Source: Eledone cirrhosa (Eukaryota). Taken from it: a stretch of DNA of 64,000 nucleotides. The stretch is from contig CAXHJY010001372.1 of NCBI GenBank assembly GCA_964016885.1, forward strand, positions 25,537 through 89,536, read 5' to 3'. Below, one piece after another: positions 1 to 12,732 of this stretch (position 1 is its first letter; every line of letters begins with the position of its first letter). The notes under the pieces are model-generated. The model saw only the letters and a program-made list of their open reading frames with translations, was not told the origin of the DNA and did not search any database. The position numbers and the translations under genes were made by a program.

Positions 1-112
1 ATATATGTATATATATGTATATATATATACACACATATATATATATATATATGTATATATATGTGTGTATATATATATATAGATAGATACATACATACAC
101 ACACACACACAC

Positions 113-155
<43 letters not shown>

Positions 156-355
156 AATATATATATATGCACACACATACATAGTTTATGAACAGTTATA
201 ATTATATGTGTGACCATGCATTTGTATGCATATGATGAGATGTATGTATTGTGTGTATATATATATATGTGTGTGAGTGTGTGAGAGAGTGTGTATGTGT
301 GAGTGTGTATGTGTGAGTGTGTGTGTGTGAGTGTGTGTGTGTGAGAGTGTGTGTG

Positions 356-387
<32 letters not shown>

Positions 388-404
388 CATGTGTGAAAAG
401 TCAA

Positions 405-540
405 CAAGGTAAAATAACACAGAACAATACAATACAATAAGTGTATATAGTAAATATATTAGTTTAACACTTTATATAGTAGATAAAGAGTCTTAACGTT
501 TCAGACATAATTCCTTCATTGCAATATAGAATGAGGAAGA
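405..540 (-). mobile_element. Decayed Penelope-like terminal fragment with a degenerate hammerhead; same family as 36650-36775
   Basis: Aligns by eye to 36650-36775 (aatatattag.ttaa...tagtag...gtcttaacgttt..gac...tccttc). The minus strand keeps GAAAcgttaa but the CUGANGA core is lost. Confidence 0.45.
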
Positions 541-1269
541 GAGAAGAGATGATATTTAGGAGACAACAGAACTAGAAAGACAGTTGGGAGTAAGAAGAGA
601 AAGAAGAGAAAGAAAATGGGGAAAAACTCAACAGGAGGAAACTATGTGGGTAATTATTCCACCATTATAGGGTTGGTCGAACTGGGATGAGGGTGGGGGG
701 TGCAAGTGCCACGTCCACCCTCAACCAATAATTATATTTTTCTCCCCAAACTACCAAAAATCACATCTATTTGTATATATATACACTACAATTTATGTAC
801 ATGCTATGTTTATCACATATCAAAGTTGTTTAATATCTTGGTTGATATTTGATAACTGTAATATATTATGCTAACCTTCATAGAAAATTTGTTTGTCATG
901 TAATAACTTTTTCTCCACATATCACTATTTGCCAAATGCTAGTATGTGTATTCAGAGACAGATGTCATAGGTCATTTTGCTATAATCACTTTATAATTAT
1001 TGAAAGCAGTTAATATGACCTGCTTGGACTCAAATTATATTTTCTGATAATTTTTTAGTGCAAAGAACTAAACTAATTACTACAACTAAATTGACCAAAT
1101 TTGACCCAATCCCACCCCCAATTCAGAAATGCTTCCACTGCCCCTGCATTATGATATGCATCTTGGTTTTTAGAATAGATACACCATGATTCTGGATGTG
1201 ATCTGAAGACATTCAGCCTTAAAACACAGTCTCAAAATATTCTCTGTAATCCTATGATATCTTTGAAAT

Positions 1270-1600
1270 ATGAATGCAAAACCAGGCTCAATTGTTAAAC
1301 CATACAGCTCTCAACCACAAATATTGAAGCGCATATCAACAGGTTTTGGGGCCATGACTACCAACGTTATTTTTCTAAATTCAAGAAAGTGTTTAAATAT
1401 AACTTTGAAAGCAGAGGCAACAGAGAGGTGCTCCGGCAAGATCCTGTCAACAGAATCACCATACAGTTTAAACACACAAGTCTCTGATATATGATAGGCT
1501 AAATGTCAGTAGAAGGCAATCCAGGAATCATGACCTGAATGTAGCCAAAACACTTGATTGAGGTGGAGTTTCTTCTCTAAAGATCTTCTGCTGTCCAGCT
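1270..1600 (+). pseudogene. Possible heavily decayed GIY-YIG endonuclease region of a Penelope-like element
   Basis: TTNVIFLNSRKCLN loosely resembles the T.NVIY.I.C..C motif and a downstream NHDLNVAK resembles .VA.HF; frameshifted and weak. Confidence 0.25.
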
Positions 1601-1639
1601 CTCCTGAGAGTTTCTTACAATTCCTTACCACACACTATA

Positions 1640-1880
1640 TCATCATCATCATCATCATCATCATCACCGTTTAAGATCCATTTTTCCACACTAGCATGGG
1701 TTAGATGAGTTGTCCTGTTGTGAACAATACCAGGTCAGGTGATCTGCCCACACAGAACAGATTTTGGCTAGGCTTTTACAGCTGGATGCCTTTCCTTATG
1801 CCAACCTCATTTACAATGCGTAAGTGGTGCTTTATGTCGTGAAACCTACACGACCACTTTCGAATGTGGGCTGGGTGCTA
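1640..1880 (-). mobile_element. RTE-type LINE/SINE 3' tail with (TGA)n end
   Basis: (cat)n, ctagcatgggttaga, cagctggatgcc; same tail as 10465-10850. Confidence 0.7.
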
Positions 1881-2109
1881 TATATATATATGTATAAGAG
1901 TTATTTAATTTGTTGGAAATCCAACATGGCCACCTGACCTATCTGAACTGATAACAGGACACCATATATGGAAAATACAATGTTAAATGGTGGTGGTGAT
2001 GATGATGATATATATATTAAAGGACCGATAGACCTTTGTCAAATCGGACCGAGGAAACCATGTTTCCGTTCGTCTTTTTAATTGCTAATACTATCTATCG
2101 GTCGCAAAT

Positions 2110-2237
2110 CCAGGTAGAAGGAGCAACGTGAAATAAAGTGTCTTGCTCAAGGACATAACGCATCGCCCGGTCCAGGAATCGAACTCACAACCTCAAGATT
2201 ATGAATCCATTTCTCTAACCATTCAGCCACACGCCTT

Positions 2238-2238
<1 letters not shown>
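2110..2238 (-). mobile_element. tRNA-derived CORE-like SINE (family A), head and core fragment
   Basis: Minus strand reads gaaggcgtgtggctgaatggttaga...gagttcgattcc...ccttgagcaagacacttt (A box, B box, core). Confidence 0.7.
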
Positions 2239-2286
<48 letters not shown>

Positions 2287-2441
2287 GTGCTTTCCACCAC
2301 ATATTTACACCCTCAGCCTCCTGATTCCTCTCCCCCCACCCCTCTATCCACACACGCACAGACACTCCGACCCCCCCCCCCCACACACACACACACCTCT
2401 TCCTGAACATGCAACCCCGTTCTTCCCCCAACCCTTACTTT

Positions 2442-2486
<45 letters not shown>

Positions 2487-2788
2487 CTACACACAACCTT
2501 CAGCCCTCCCCGCTCGGACACCCCGTCTCCCTCTCCCCACTCCACCTGCCACCACCCCTACACACCCCACACCCTTCCACCACCTGCTTTACCCCCCTTT
2601 TAATTTCAGTTTATTTTGATCATGCCTTTATATTTAAATTTATCTCATTCCTTGTATTTTGATCATGCTTTATTTTTATTTTTATCTTTATTTTTTTATT
2701 TTTTTCATTCGCACCGTTTCCTTTCGCTATATGTCTCTCCACCACTCCCCTACACACCCTTTGAACTCTGTTCCCACACACTTCTCAC

Positions 2789-2819
2789 CTGAGGAAGGGC
2801 TTATGCCCGAAACGTCGTC
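2789..2819 (+). ncRNA. Minimal hammerhead core in a Penelope-like terminal repeat (element about 2600-2910)
   Basis: CTGAGGA a gggc-ttat-gccc GAAA cgtcg TC, then AATAAA and (TA)n. Stem I does not pair. Confidence 0.6.
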
Positions 2820-2998
2820 CCCCACCAACACCCCACTCTCCAGAGCCTGAAATTAATAAACATTCGTTGTACTGCCTCTCTGTTTTGTCCCTGTTCAAAT
2901 TTTTCCATTATATATATATATATATATAAAGTATTAAAAAAATAATGAATAAAACAATGAAACAGTTCCTTATATTAAACAAAAAAAGTTCATTATTT

Positions 2999-3121
2999 AA
3001 CGATCGTTTCTAGGACATATATGTGTTAGAATTGGCAAGCATATTCAACAGATCTATGTACAAAATTATACAAACTATCAAATCTAATATACATACCAAC
3101 ACATACATATGCCGTCTTCAG
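2999..3121 (-). ncRNA. Hammerhead motif with a very long stem II (cgatcg family)
   Basis: CTGAAGA, about 100 nt closed by catatgtatgtgtt/aacacatatatg, GAAA cgatcg TT. Stem I is weak. Confidence 0.55.
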
Positions 3122-3140
3122 AAAACTCTTGGTAGATTTA

Positions 3141-3189
<49 letters not shown>

Positions 3190-3280
3190 ATTCATGAATA
3201 TATCTATGATATATATATATAATCATAAAGCGAAATGACAGGAGGCCAAATATGTGGTATTTCCTTAATTTTTTATTCCT

Positions 3281-3350
3281 GCAAATACTATACACATTTC
3301 AGTGGCCAGATTGTGTGAGAACACGGTGACATCATCAGGTGTAAATTGCA
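3281..3350 (-). ncRNA. Degenerate hammerhead motif
   Basis: CTGATGA ... GAAA tgtgta TA with a partial stem I (tgcaa..tac/gtatttgca); stem II imperfect. Confidence 0.4.
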
Positions 3351-3631
3351 TAATAGATGTATACCAATGAAATGATGGTAGACTTTAAGGAAAAGTGGGT
3401 GTTTATGTTTTTTACCCAGAGACAGCCGTAGAAGTATGCTGCCACATTGCTCCCCTGTCTCTATATCATATATATATATATAGAGTACTTATATATGTTT
3501 GGTGTGATAACTATATATACATTTATTGTCTGTGTGTGTATGTGCATATATATTTATGTATGTGTGTGTGTGTATGTGTGTGTGTCTCTCTCTATATATA
3601 TATATATATACGTGTGTGTGTGCATGTGTGA

Positions 3632-3665
<34 letters not shown>

Positions 3666-4021
3666 GGAGGCACATGGCTTAGGATGGAGGCACATGGCTT
3701 AGTGGTTAGAGCATTCGCCTTGCAATCGAAAGGTTGTGAGTTCAATTCTCAGACCGGGTGATGTGTTGTTTCCTTGAGCAAGACACTTTATTTCACATTG
3801 CTCCAGTTTAATCAGCTGTAGAAATGAGATGATAGGGACTGGGGTCCCTATCATTCCACTGCAAAGTAGTCGTGGAGGTGCCACGGCAAAAAAGCACCCA
3901 GCACTCACTGTAAATGAGGTTGGTGTTAGGAAGGGCATCCAGCTGTAGAAATCAAGCCACAATCAGTTCCCGTCCCACCCTTGCAAGCAGGGAAAAGCGG
4001 ATGAAAAATGAGGATGATGAT
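3666..4021 (+). mobile_element. Full-length family A SINE (tRNA head, CORE-like domain, RTE-derived tail) with a duplicated first 20 nt
   Basis: tggcttagtggttaga A box, gagttcaattc B box, ccttgagcaagacacttt...cagctgtagaaatgag core, aggaagggcatccagctgtagaaa tail, (tga)n end. Confidence 0.85.
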
Positions 4022-4144
4022 ATCTATATATACGTTTATATATATATATACATTCACACACACATATATATATACCAGGAAAGAAAATTGACATTGCTTA
4101 AAGCCTATGGTATTCATTCATATGGGTATTATACACTACACCCT

Positions 4145-4145
4145 C

Positions 4146-4180
<35 letters not shown>

Positions 4181-4626
4181 CATATAAAGATACATATATA
4201 TATAAAGATACATATATGTATATGTATATATATGTATATGTATATATATATATATGTATATGTATATATATATATGTATATATATATGTATATGTATATA
4301 TATATATGTATATGTATATATATATATTTATACATATGTATATATATACATATGTATATATATATATATATATGTATATATATACACATATATATATGTA
4401 TATATATACATATATACATATATATATATGTATATATATACATATATACATATATATATGTATATATATACATATATACATATACATATATATATATACA
4501 TATATATACATATATACATATACATATGCCTATATACATGTATATATATGTATATATATATGCATATATATACATATATATATATGTATATATACATATA
4601 TATATATATGTACATATATATATATC

Positions 4627-4687
<61 letters not shown>

Positions 4688-4832
4688 ATACATATATATA
4701 TACATATATATATATATGTACATATATATATATCCATACATATATATATATACATATATATATATATGTACATATATATATATCCATACATATATATATA
4801 CATATATATATATATGTACATATATATATATC

Positions 4833-4890
<58 letters not shown>

Positions 4891-4955
4891 CATATATATA
4901 TATATATATACATACATATACATATACACACATACATACTCATGAATACATACAT
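4145..4955. repeat. Compound (TA)n/(TATG)/(TACA) microsatellite
   Basis: Directly visible. Confidence 0.95.
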
Positions 4956-5498
4956 GCAAAATAAATATAACAGATCAAAAAATCACAAAAGACCTCTTTG
5001 AAAAGCTCTAAGAGATAAATAATAAATTGGGGGAATATGTAGAAAGGGTGGAGGTATTAAGTGAAGAAGAAAAGGTTGGAAACTAGTGAAAAGACCAATG
5101 TGGGGCACTTAAAAATTAGGGGGTAGCTACTTTAGCTGGGTGGGGAACCTACATACATAATGTACATATACATACTATATACATATACAGTATATATATA
5201 TATTTATATATATGTTAAAACAATGAAATAAAAAATCAAGTCATTAGAAATATACTTCACTGCTTTACGATCGTTTCTAGGTGATGATAATACATCGTAA
5301 CTATACTTCGTTATCGATCTATGTAAGGTTCTGTGTATATATATATGTATACACTATGTATATTTTTATTTATATATATATATGCATACAAATACATATA
5401 TATACATATGCACTATATATATATACGTATATATATATATATATGTATGTATATATATATATATATATATGCATACAAATATATATTTATACATACAA

Positions 5499-5551
<53 letters not shown>

Positions 5552-5564
5552 TATACATATACAC

Positions 5565-5605
<41 letters not shown>

Positions 5606-5625
5606 TCATATATACACATATGCAC

Positions 5626-5667
<42 letters not shown>

Positions 5668-5671
<4 letters not shown>

Positions 5672-5875
5672 GAAAAAGTATGACCCCGACGGCAGAGCTC
5701 AAGCCGTTTCGACGGCTATTTCTGGACTCTATTTGCGCCCTGAAATAGCCGTCGAAACGGCTTGAGCTCTGCCGTCGGGGTCATACTTTTTCCTATTTCC
5801 CACTCTACTACCCTAAGTATTGAGTACTCTGGTGCGTTATGGTCCATCTGGTTCCTTACCACAACTCCTTTGTTA
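5668..5875 (+). mobile_element. (TA)n-flanked fold-back element: 55-bp inverted arms plus an approximately 80-bp tail
   Basis: 5668-5722 is the reverse complement of 5742-5796. Family relative at 17092-17320 and a partial one at 46521-46625. Confidence 0.85.
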
Positions 5876-6673
5876 TATATATTATATATATAATATATAT
5901 ATATTATATATATATATATATATTATATATATAGATATATATTATATATATAAATATAATATATATATATATACACTGCACAACACAATAGTAAAACGCA
6001 TGTACACACCTTCTTTCTTCATATATCGACGTTTCTTTCAGCCATTCAGTCTAAAATAATACCAGAAAAAAAAGTGACATTTTTCAGTTGTACAATATGT
6101 TTATCAAATATTTAAGATTATTTCACCTGTGTTGTGTGTATATATATATATATATACGTGTGTGTGTGTATACATAGAAATATATATACACTTATACATA
6201 TATATATATATACATACATACATGTATATATATATACATATACACATACATATGTATATATATATATACATACATGTATATATATATACATACATGTATA
6301 TATATATACATACATGTATATACATACATGTATATACATACATACGTGTATATATATACATACATACATACATGTATATATATACATACATACATGTATA
6401 CATATACACATACATATATGTATATATATACACCTATATGTATATATATATACATACATGTATATATATATACATACATGTATATATATACATACATACA
6501 TGTATATATATATACATACATGTATATATATATACATACATACATATATACATACATACATACATACGTGTATACATATACACACACATATATGTGTATA
6601 TATATATACATACACGTATATATATAAATACACATACATATATCTATATATACACATACATATGCTTATACAA

Positions 6674-6704
<31 letters not shown>

Positions 6705-7004
6705 CAAATATACACACACACACACACACATATGCATATATATATGTGTGTATGTGTGTATATATATATATAAAAGTGTAGTCTTCTGTCTATAAGGCCC
6801 ACCAGATTGTCCCTTGTGTATATTGGGGGTTCTTTTCACTGTTTGTCAACAACAAAAGGGATCACACCCACCTTTGTTCAGGGTTTTGTTATGGTCGTTT
6901 TTTGTGAGGGCTTTTCTTTTTGTTATGTTGTTTTATTTTTTGCTCTGATTTCTTTTTTGTTTGGTTTTGTTGATGTAGTTTGGGCTTTTTTTGTGTTGTC
7001 ATAA

Positions 7005-8480
7005 TAGTATGTGTGTGAGTGTGTGAGTGTGTGTGTGTGTGTGTGTGAGTTTGTGTGTGTGTGTGAGAGAGAGTATGTGTGTGTGTGAGTTTGTGTGTGT
7101 GTGTGTGAGTTTGTGTGTGTGTGTGTGAGTGTGTGTGTGTGTGTGAGAGAGAGTATGTGTGTGTGAGTTTGTGTGTGTGTGTGTGTGAGTTTGTGTGTGT
7201 GTGTGAGAGTTTGTGTGTGTGTGTGAGAGAGAGTATGTGTGTGTGTGAGTTTGTGTGTGTGTGTGTGTGTGTGTGAGAGTTTGTGTGTGTGTGTGTGTGA
7301 GAGTTTGTGTGTGTGTGTGAGAGAGAGTATGTGTGTGTGTGAGTTTGTGTGTGTGTGTGAGAGAAAGTATGTGTGTGTGTGAGTTTGTGTGTGTGTGTGA
7401 GAGAGAGTATGTGTGTGTGTGAGTTTGTGTGTGTGTGTGTGTGTGTGAGTTTGTGTGTGTGTGTGTGTGTGAGTTTGTGTGTGTGTGTGTGAGAGTTTGT
7501 GTGTGTGTGTGAGAGAGAGTATGTGTGTGTGTGAGTTTGTGTGTGTGTGTGTGAGTTTGTGTGTGTGTGTGTGAGAGTTTGTGTGTGTGTGTGAGAGTTT
7601 GTGTGTGTGTGAGAGGGAGTGTGTGTGTTTATTTGTATGTGTGTGAGACAGTGAAATGAGTATGTGTCAGAGGGTGTGTATGTGTGTCAGTGCGTATGTA
7701 TGTGTCAGAGGGTTGTATGTGAGTTAGTGTGTGTGTATGTTAGTGTGTGTGTGAGAGGGGGAGAGAGTGTGTGTCAGTTGTGATGTGTGTGTGTATGTCA
7801 GTATGTGTGAGAGAGGGGGAGAGAGCGTGTGTCAGTGCGATGTGTGTGTGTGTGTATCAGTGTGGATGTGTGTCAGTGTGATGTGATGTGATGTGTGTGT
7901 GTATGTCAGTATGTGTGTGAGAGGGGGAGAGAGCGTGTGTCAGTGCGATGTGTGTGTGTGTGTGTGTATCAGTGTGGATGTGTGCCTGTGTGTGTGTGTG
8001 TGTGTCAGTATGTGTGTGAGAGGGGGAGAGAGTGTGTGTCAGTGTGATGTGTGTGTATGTCAGTATGTGTGTGAGAGGGGGAGAGAGTGTGTGTCAGTGT
8101 GATGTGTGTGTGTGTATCAGTGTGGATGTGTGCCTGTGTGTGTGTGTGTGTGTCAGTATGTGTGTGAGAGGGGGAGAGAGCGTGTGTCAGTGCGATGTGT
8201 GTGTGTGTGTATCAGTGTGGATGTGTGCCTGTGTGTGTGTGTGTGTCAGTATGTGTGTGAGAGGGGGAGAGAGTGTGTCAGTGTGATGTGTGTGTGTATA
8301 TCAGTGTGGATGTGTGTCTGTCCGTGTGTGTGAGAGGGGGAGTGAGTGTGTGTCAGGGTGGAAGTGTGTCTATGCCTCAGTGAGTGTGCGTGTGTGAGTA
8401 CTGTGTATGTGTGTGTGTGTGTGTATGTATGTATATGTATGTGTGTGTGTATGTGTGTGTATATGTATGTGTGTGTATGT
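7005..8480. repeat. (GT)n-based compound array with higher-order units
   Basis: Recurring gagtttgtgtg, gagagagtatgtg and gagagggggagagag..gtcagtg blocks. Confidence 0.9.
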
Positions 8481-8539
8481 ACATGTTAAATGGATTTGGT
8501 TTTCTATCATTGTATATGTCCATCCAATACAGGTATTGT

Positions 8540-8541
8540 TT

Positions 8542-8576
<35 letters not shown>

Positions 8577-10130
8577 GGTGGTGGTGATGGTGGTGGTGGT
8601 AGTGGTAGTGGTAGTAGTAGTGGTAATAGTAGTAGTGGTAGTAGTAGTGGTAGTAGTAGTAGCGGTGATGGTGGTAGTGGTAGTGGTAGTAGTGGTGGTG
8701 GTGGTGGTGATGGTGGTAGTGGTAGTGGTAGTGGTAGTGGTGGTAGCGGTATTGATAGTAGTGGTGGTAGTAGTGGTAGTGGTTGTAGTGGTGGTAGTAG
8801 TAGTATTGATAGTAGTGGTGGTAGTAGTAGTATTGATAGTAGTGGTGGTAGTAGTTGTAGTGGTGGTAGTATTAATTACTGATATTGTAGTAGTTGTTGC
8901 AGTTATTTCTGTTGCTGTAGTAGTACTATTATTAGTGATAGTGGTGGTAGTAGTAGTAGTAGTAGTGTTAGTAGTAGTAGTAGTAGTAATGATAGTAGTG
9001 GTGGTAGTAGTAGTGATAGTAGTGGTGGTCGTAGTAGTAGTTGTTGCAGTTATTTCTGTTGTAGTTGCTGTAGTAGTAGTAGTAGTATTAGTGATAGTGG
9101 TGGTAGTAGTAGTAGTAATGGTATTAATAGTAGTAGTGATAGTAGTGGTGGTAGTAGTAGTAACAGTAGTGGCGGTAGTAGTAGTTGCAGTTATTTCTGT
9201 TGTTGTAGTTGCTGGAGTAGTAGTATTAGTATTAGTGGTGGTAGTAGTGTTAGTAGTAGTAGTACTAGTAGTATTATTAGTGATAGTGGTGGTGGTGGTG
9301 GTGGTAGTAGTAGTGATAGTAGTGGCGGTAGTAGTGGTAGTTGCAGTTATTTCTGTTGTTGTAGTTGCTGTAGTAGTAGTATTAGTGGTGGTAGTAGTGT
9401 TAGTAGTAGTAGTAGTACTAGTAGTATTATTAGTGATAGTGGTGGTGGTGGTGGTGGTAGTAGTAGTGATAGTAGTGGCGGTAGTAGTAGTAGTTGCAGT
9501 TATTTCTGTTGTTGTAGTTGCTGTAGTAGTAGTATTAGCATTAGTGGTGGTAGTAGTGTTAGTAGTAGTAGTACTAGTAGTATTATTAGTGATAGTGGTG
9601 GTGGTGGTGGTGGTAGTAGTAGTGATAGTAGTGGCGGTAGTAGTGGTAGTTGCAGTTATTTCTGTTGTTGTAGTTGTGGTTACAGTTATTGTAATGGTTA
9701 CAGGTGTTGTAGACTTATATTTGCCCTCATTGATGTTGTAGTTACTGTTGTTGTAGCTACTGTTGTTGTAGTTACTGTTGTTGTTGTAGTTATGTTGATG
9801 TTCTGAGTGATCTTATAGTTGTAGTTGTTCTTATTGTAGTATTTGTAGATTTGTTGTTGTTATTGACACTATAGTTGTTGTTGTTGTTATTGACACTATA
9901 GTTGTAGTTATGTTGTAGTTGTTGACGCTATAGTTGTTGTTGTTGTTATTGACACTATAGTTGCTGTTGTTATTGTAGTTATATTGATGATGATGATGTA
10001 GTTATGTTACTGTTATTATTGCTGTTGTTGTTACTGTAGTTGTAGTTGTTACTGACACTTTAGTTGCTGTTGTTGTTGTTGTAGTTGTTACTGACACTTT
10101 AGTTGCTGTTGTTGTTGTTGTAGTTGTTAT
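8540..10130. repeat. (GTA/GTG/GTT)n trinucleotide array with a higher-order repeat of roughly 150 bp at 9170-9670
   Basis: Repeated gttgcagttatttctgtt anchors; source of the poly-Val ORF. Confidence 0.9.
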
Positions 10131-10464
10131 AACAGAACACGTCACTGGAGAAGACATTATTTTATAAGCTGAACACAATAACGATAATGATTTCATTTAT
10201 TAGCCACAAGGGCCGACATGTAGGGGACAATACAAAGACAGGGACAGTGGGGGCCAATAAGTAGGGGACAATACAAAGACAGGGACAGTGGGGGGTTTAC
10301 AATAAGGTCGAGTAAAAGTGCACAATGGCAAGACTAATTTAACAATGAAGATATACAAATATAAAATAAACTATGTATAAATATAACGATAATGAAGCTA
10401 GTTAACACTGACTTCACTGAGAAAACTGTATAGACTTGTGTATGTATGCATAGCGTATGTATAG

Positions 10465-11335
10465 ATCATCATCATCATCATCATCGTCTTCGTTTAACGT
10501 CCATCTTCCACGCTAGCATGGGTTAGACGGGAGTTGTCCCACTTGAGGCCAGATTGGTCGGGTGACCGTGTCTCGCTCGTATAGGACTGACTGTCTAGCA
10601 GGTTTTCTACGGCTGGATGCCCTTCCTAACACCAAGCACGTTTACAATGTGGAACTGGGAGCTTTTTACCTACACGGCCACATTACAGCATGGCCTGTAT
10701 TTTTTTGCTGTGACACCTACACAACCTCATTAGTTTGGACTGGATGCTGTGGTACCAACATAACTTTATAGAGAGAGGGTGGTGTTGGCGGGAATGAGAG
10801 GATGGAGTAGGGGTGTATGTTTGGTTAGGAGGGGCCTACTGACTGTAGGTTAACTTTGCCCGTAGGGAAGGCGGGTCTTCTGTATTACTGCGTGGCGCCA
10901 AAGATCTCGATCCAGTGACATTGTCTTAGAGAGGTGCAAGTGTGCAAGGTCGGAATTTATCATGTCATCCCAGGTTTTTCTGGGTCTACCTACTCCGTAA
11001 CTACCATCAATTTTGATCGCCCTGCACTTTTTTATACAAGTGTCGTCTTTCATGCGCATCACGTGACCCTACGAACATAATCTTCTCTCGAGTAAACAGC
11101 ATCTGATCCCTCTTATTCTTAATTTCTCACTTAGTTCATTTATGTTTTGCCGTTCACGTATATTACTATTACACATCCAACGGAGCATGCATGCTTCGTT
11201 CCTTTCCAGTCTGCGCAGCATGTCTCACTGCCATGTAACATTGCTGTTTGTATACACGCATCATACAATCTGACTTTCATTTTTAGAGAGAAAACTTTTG
11301 TGGCCAACAGCGGTATAAGCTCTCTGAACTTTTTA
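10465..11335 (-). mobile_element. 5'-truncated RTE-clade LINE: RT C-terminal coding remnant, 3' UTR and (TGA)n tail
   Basis: KFRELIPLL...KVRLYDACIQTAMLHGSET...GRPRKTWDDMI...DRDLWR are typical RTE ORF C-terminal motifs; frameshifted. Confidence 0.85.
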
Positions 11336-11533
11336 TATATGTGTCTGTGTGTGTGTGTTGTATATGGATATATATATATATGTGTGTACATGTGTATATA
11401 TACTGTGTATATATATGTATGTGTATGTGTGTACATATGTTCTAGAGAACATGGAGGAAGCATGTGCATATACATGCATATTTGTATGTGTATACACACA
11501 CATATGTATATATACATGCATACATAAATATAG

Positions 11534-11648
11534 ACTGCTTCCGAAGACGGTCTGATCGAACATATATATGAAGTCTGATAGTATACAGTTACATAACTGC
11601 TATCGATCAGTCAATATGATCAACTCTTCGAAACGATCGTAAAACAAT
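11534..11648 (+). ncRNA. Long-stem-II hammerhead (cgatcg family) with core CCGAAGA
   Basis: actgctt CCGAAGA ..ctgatcga...tcgatcag.. GAAA cgatcg TA aaacaat; the flank matches the 2950-3000 and 5217-5277 copies. Confidence 0.5.
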
Positions 11649-11700
11649 GATATGAATAGGTAAAATAACTTGACTTTGTTGTTATTTTCATTGTGAATTT

Positions 11701-11740
<40 letters not shown>

Positions 11741-11959
11741 ACATATATATATATATATATGTACATATATATATATATATACAAAACGTTGTATCGCGCT
11801 GCTATTTTTAGCGGCATGATCAACAAGTTTATAATATCCCGCTTTTACTTATGGCCTATTTTTGTGTGTAGGTCACTTTAACGGCATGACCCCATAGAAC
11901 GGGCAGGAAGCGATATATTCTCTTACTATGAGGCTTTATACCCTTATAGTATGGAAATA

Positions 11960-12039
11960 GCTGTCTAAAGATCTAATTCTTTCCATTGGAAATTCTCTGA
12001 ATTTCCAATCTTTTGATTAGTGAAACCGTCGGTAACAGC
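11960..12039 (+). ncRNA. Type I hammerhead with one core substitution (CTAAAGA)
   Basis: Stem I gctgt/acagc; stem II contains ttggaaattc/gaatttccaa; GAAA ccgtcgg TA. Confidence 0.6.
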
Positions 12040-12125
12040 AATAGAACAGGTGAATATTTAAATCGTTTTTTAATTTATTTAAAAGATTGCTTGATGATTA
12101 CTTGTTCCGCTCATTTATATATATA

Positions 12126-12669
12126 CATATATCTGTGTTAATCTCTCTTTATTATATTGAATTATATTACACGGCCCGGGAAACTTTTTTTTTCCTTGAG
12201 CTATTTTAATTGTAAGGGACTACTTTGAGTTTCTAACTAAATATATACTTTTGATAAATTCGGCTCCTTGAATTTGTAGAGCTTTTTTAAATATTGAGTA
12301 AACCTGGCTGCTATTTTTGGTAGCATACGTTTTACGAGACACGCTATCCGCTGAATGCCATGTGCGTTCTTCTAAACACCTGCCTCATTTAGTCTTCTAA
12401 GAAACCTAGAAGTGAAAGGTTTACTAATTCGTACATCCACTGACGAGCAATAGAATTGGTAATTCCCTTCATTTGAGACCAAAGACTGTCTGGATGTGTA
12501 TTTGATAGTTGTCACAATTCGGTTTGTACTTTTTCTTAATTTATTCTTTTAATTGAGTCTGGCAAACCGTATTGTTCATAGTTAGTATCTTAATCACCCT
12601 AGCGAACCTGGTCCCTTATGATTTGAACACATATGTACATATCTGTGTTTATCTCTCTTTATTATATTG

Positions 12670-12677
<8 letters not shown>
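12126..12677 (+). mobile_element. 510-bp element with an approximately 40-bp terminal direct repeat and an internal hammerhead
   Basis: atctgtgtt(a/t)atctctctttattatattgaattatat at 12131 and 12641; both ends abut TA-rich sequence. Confidence 0.65.
12433..12497 (+). ncRNA. Decayed type I hammerhead
   Basis: Stem I acatcca/tggatgt, CTGACGA, GAGAC in place of GAAAC, GTC cleavage triplet. Confidence 0.55.

Positions 12678-12727
<50 letters not shown>

Positions 12728-12732
<5 letters not shown>

Noticed and set aside
3686-3760. tRNA gene
   Set aside because: tRNA-like SINE head continuing into core and tail; no full cloverleaf or terminator.
3914-5001. Long Y/I/C/V/H/T-rich ORFs here and at 6.1-6.8, 26.7-27.1, 31.9-33.0, 43.9-44.6, 56.7-58.3 and 60.5-62.5 kb
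   Set aside because: Translations of dinucleotide microsatellites that lack stop codons.
8407-9741. 444-aa poly-Val ORF and Gly/Ser-rich ORF
   Set aside because: Trinucleotide repeat with no domain or splice context.
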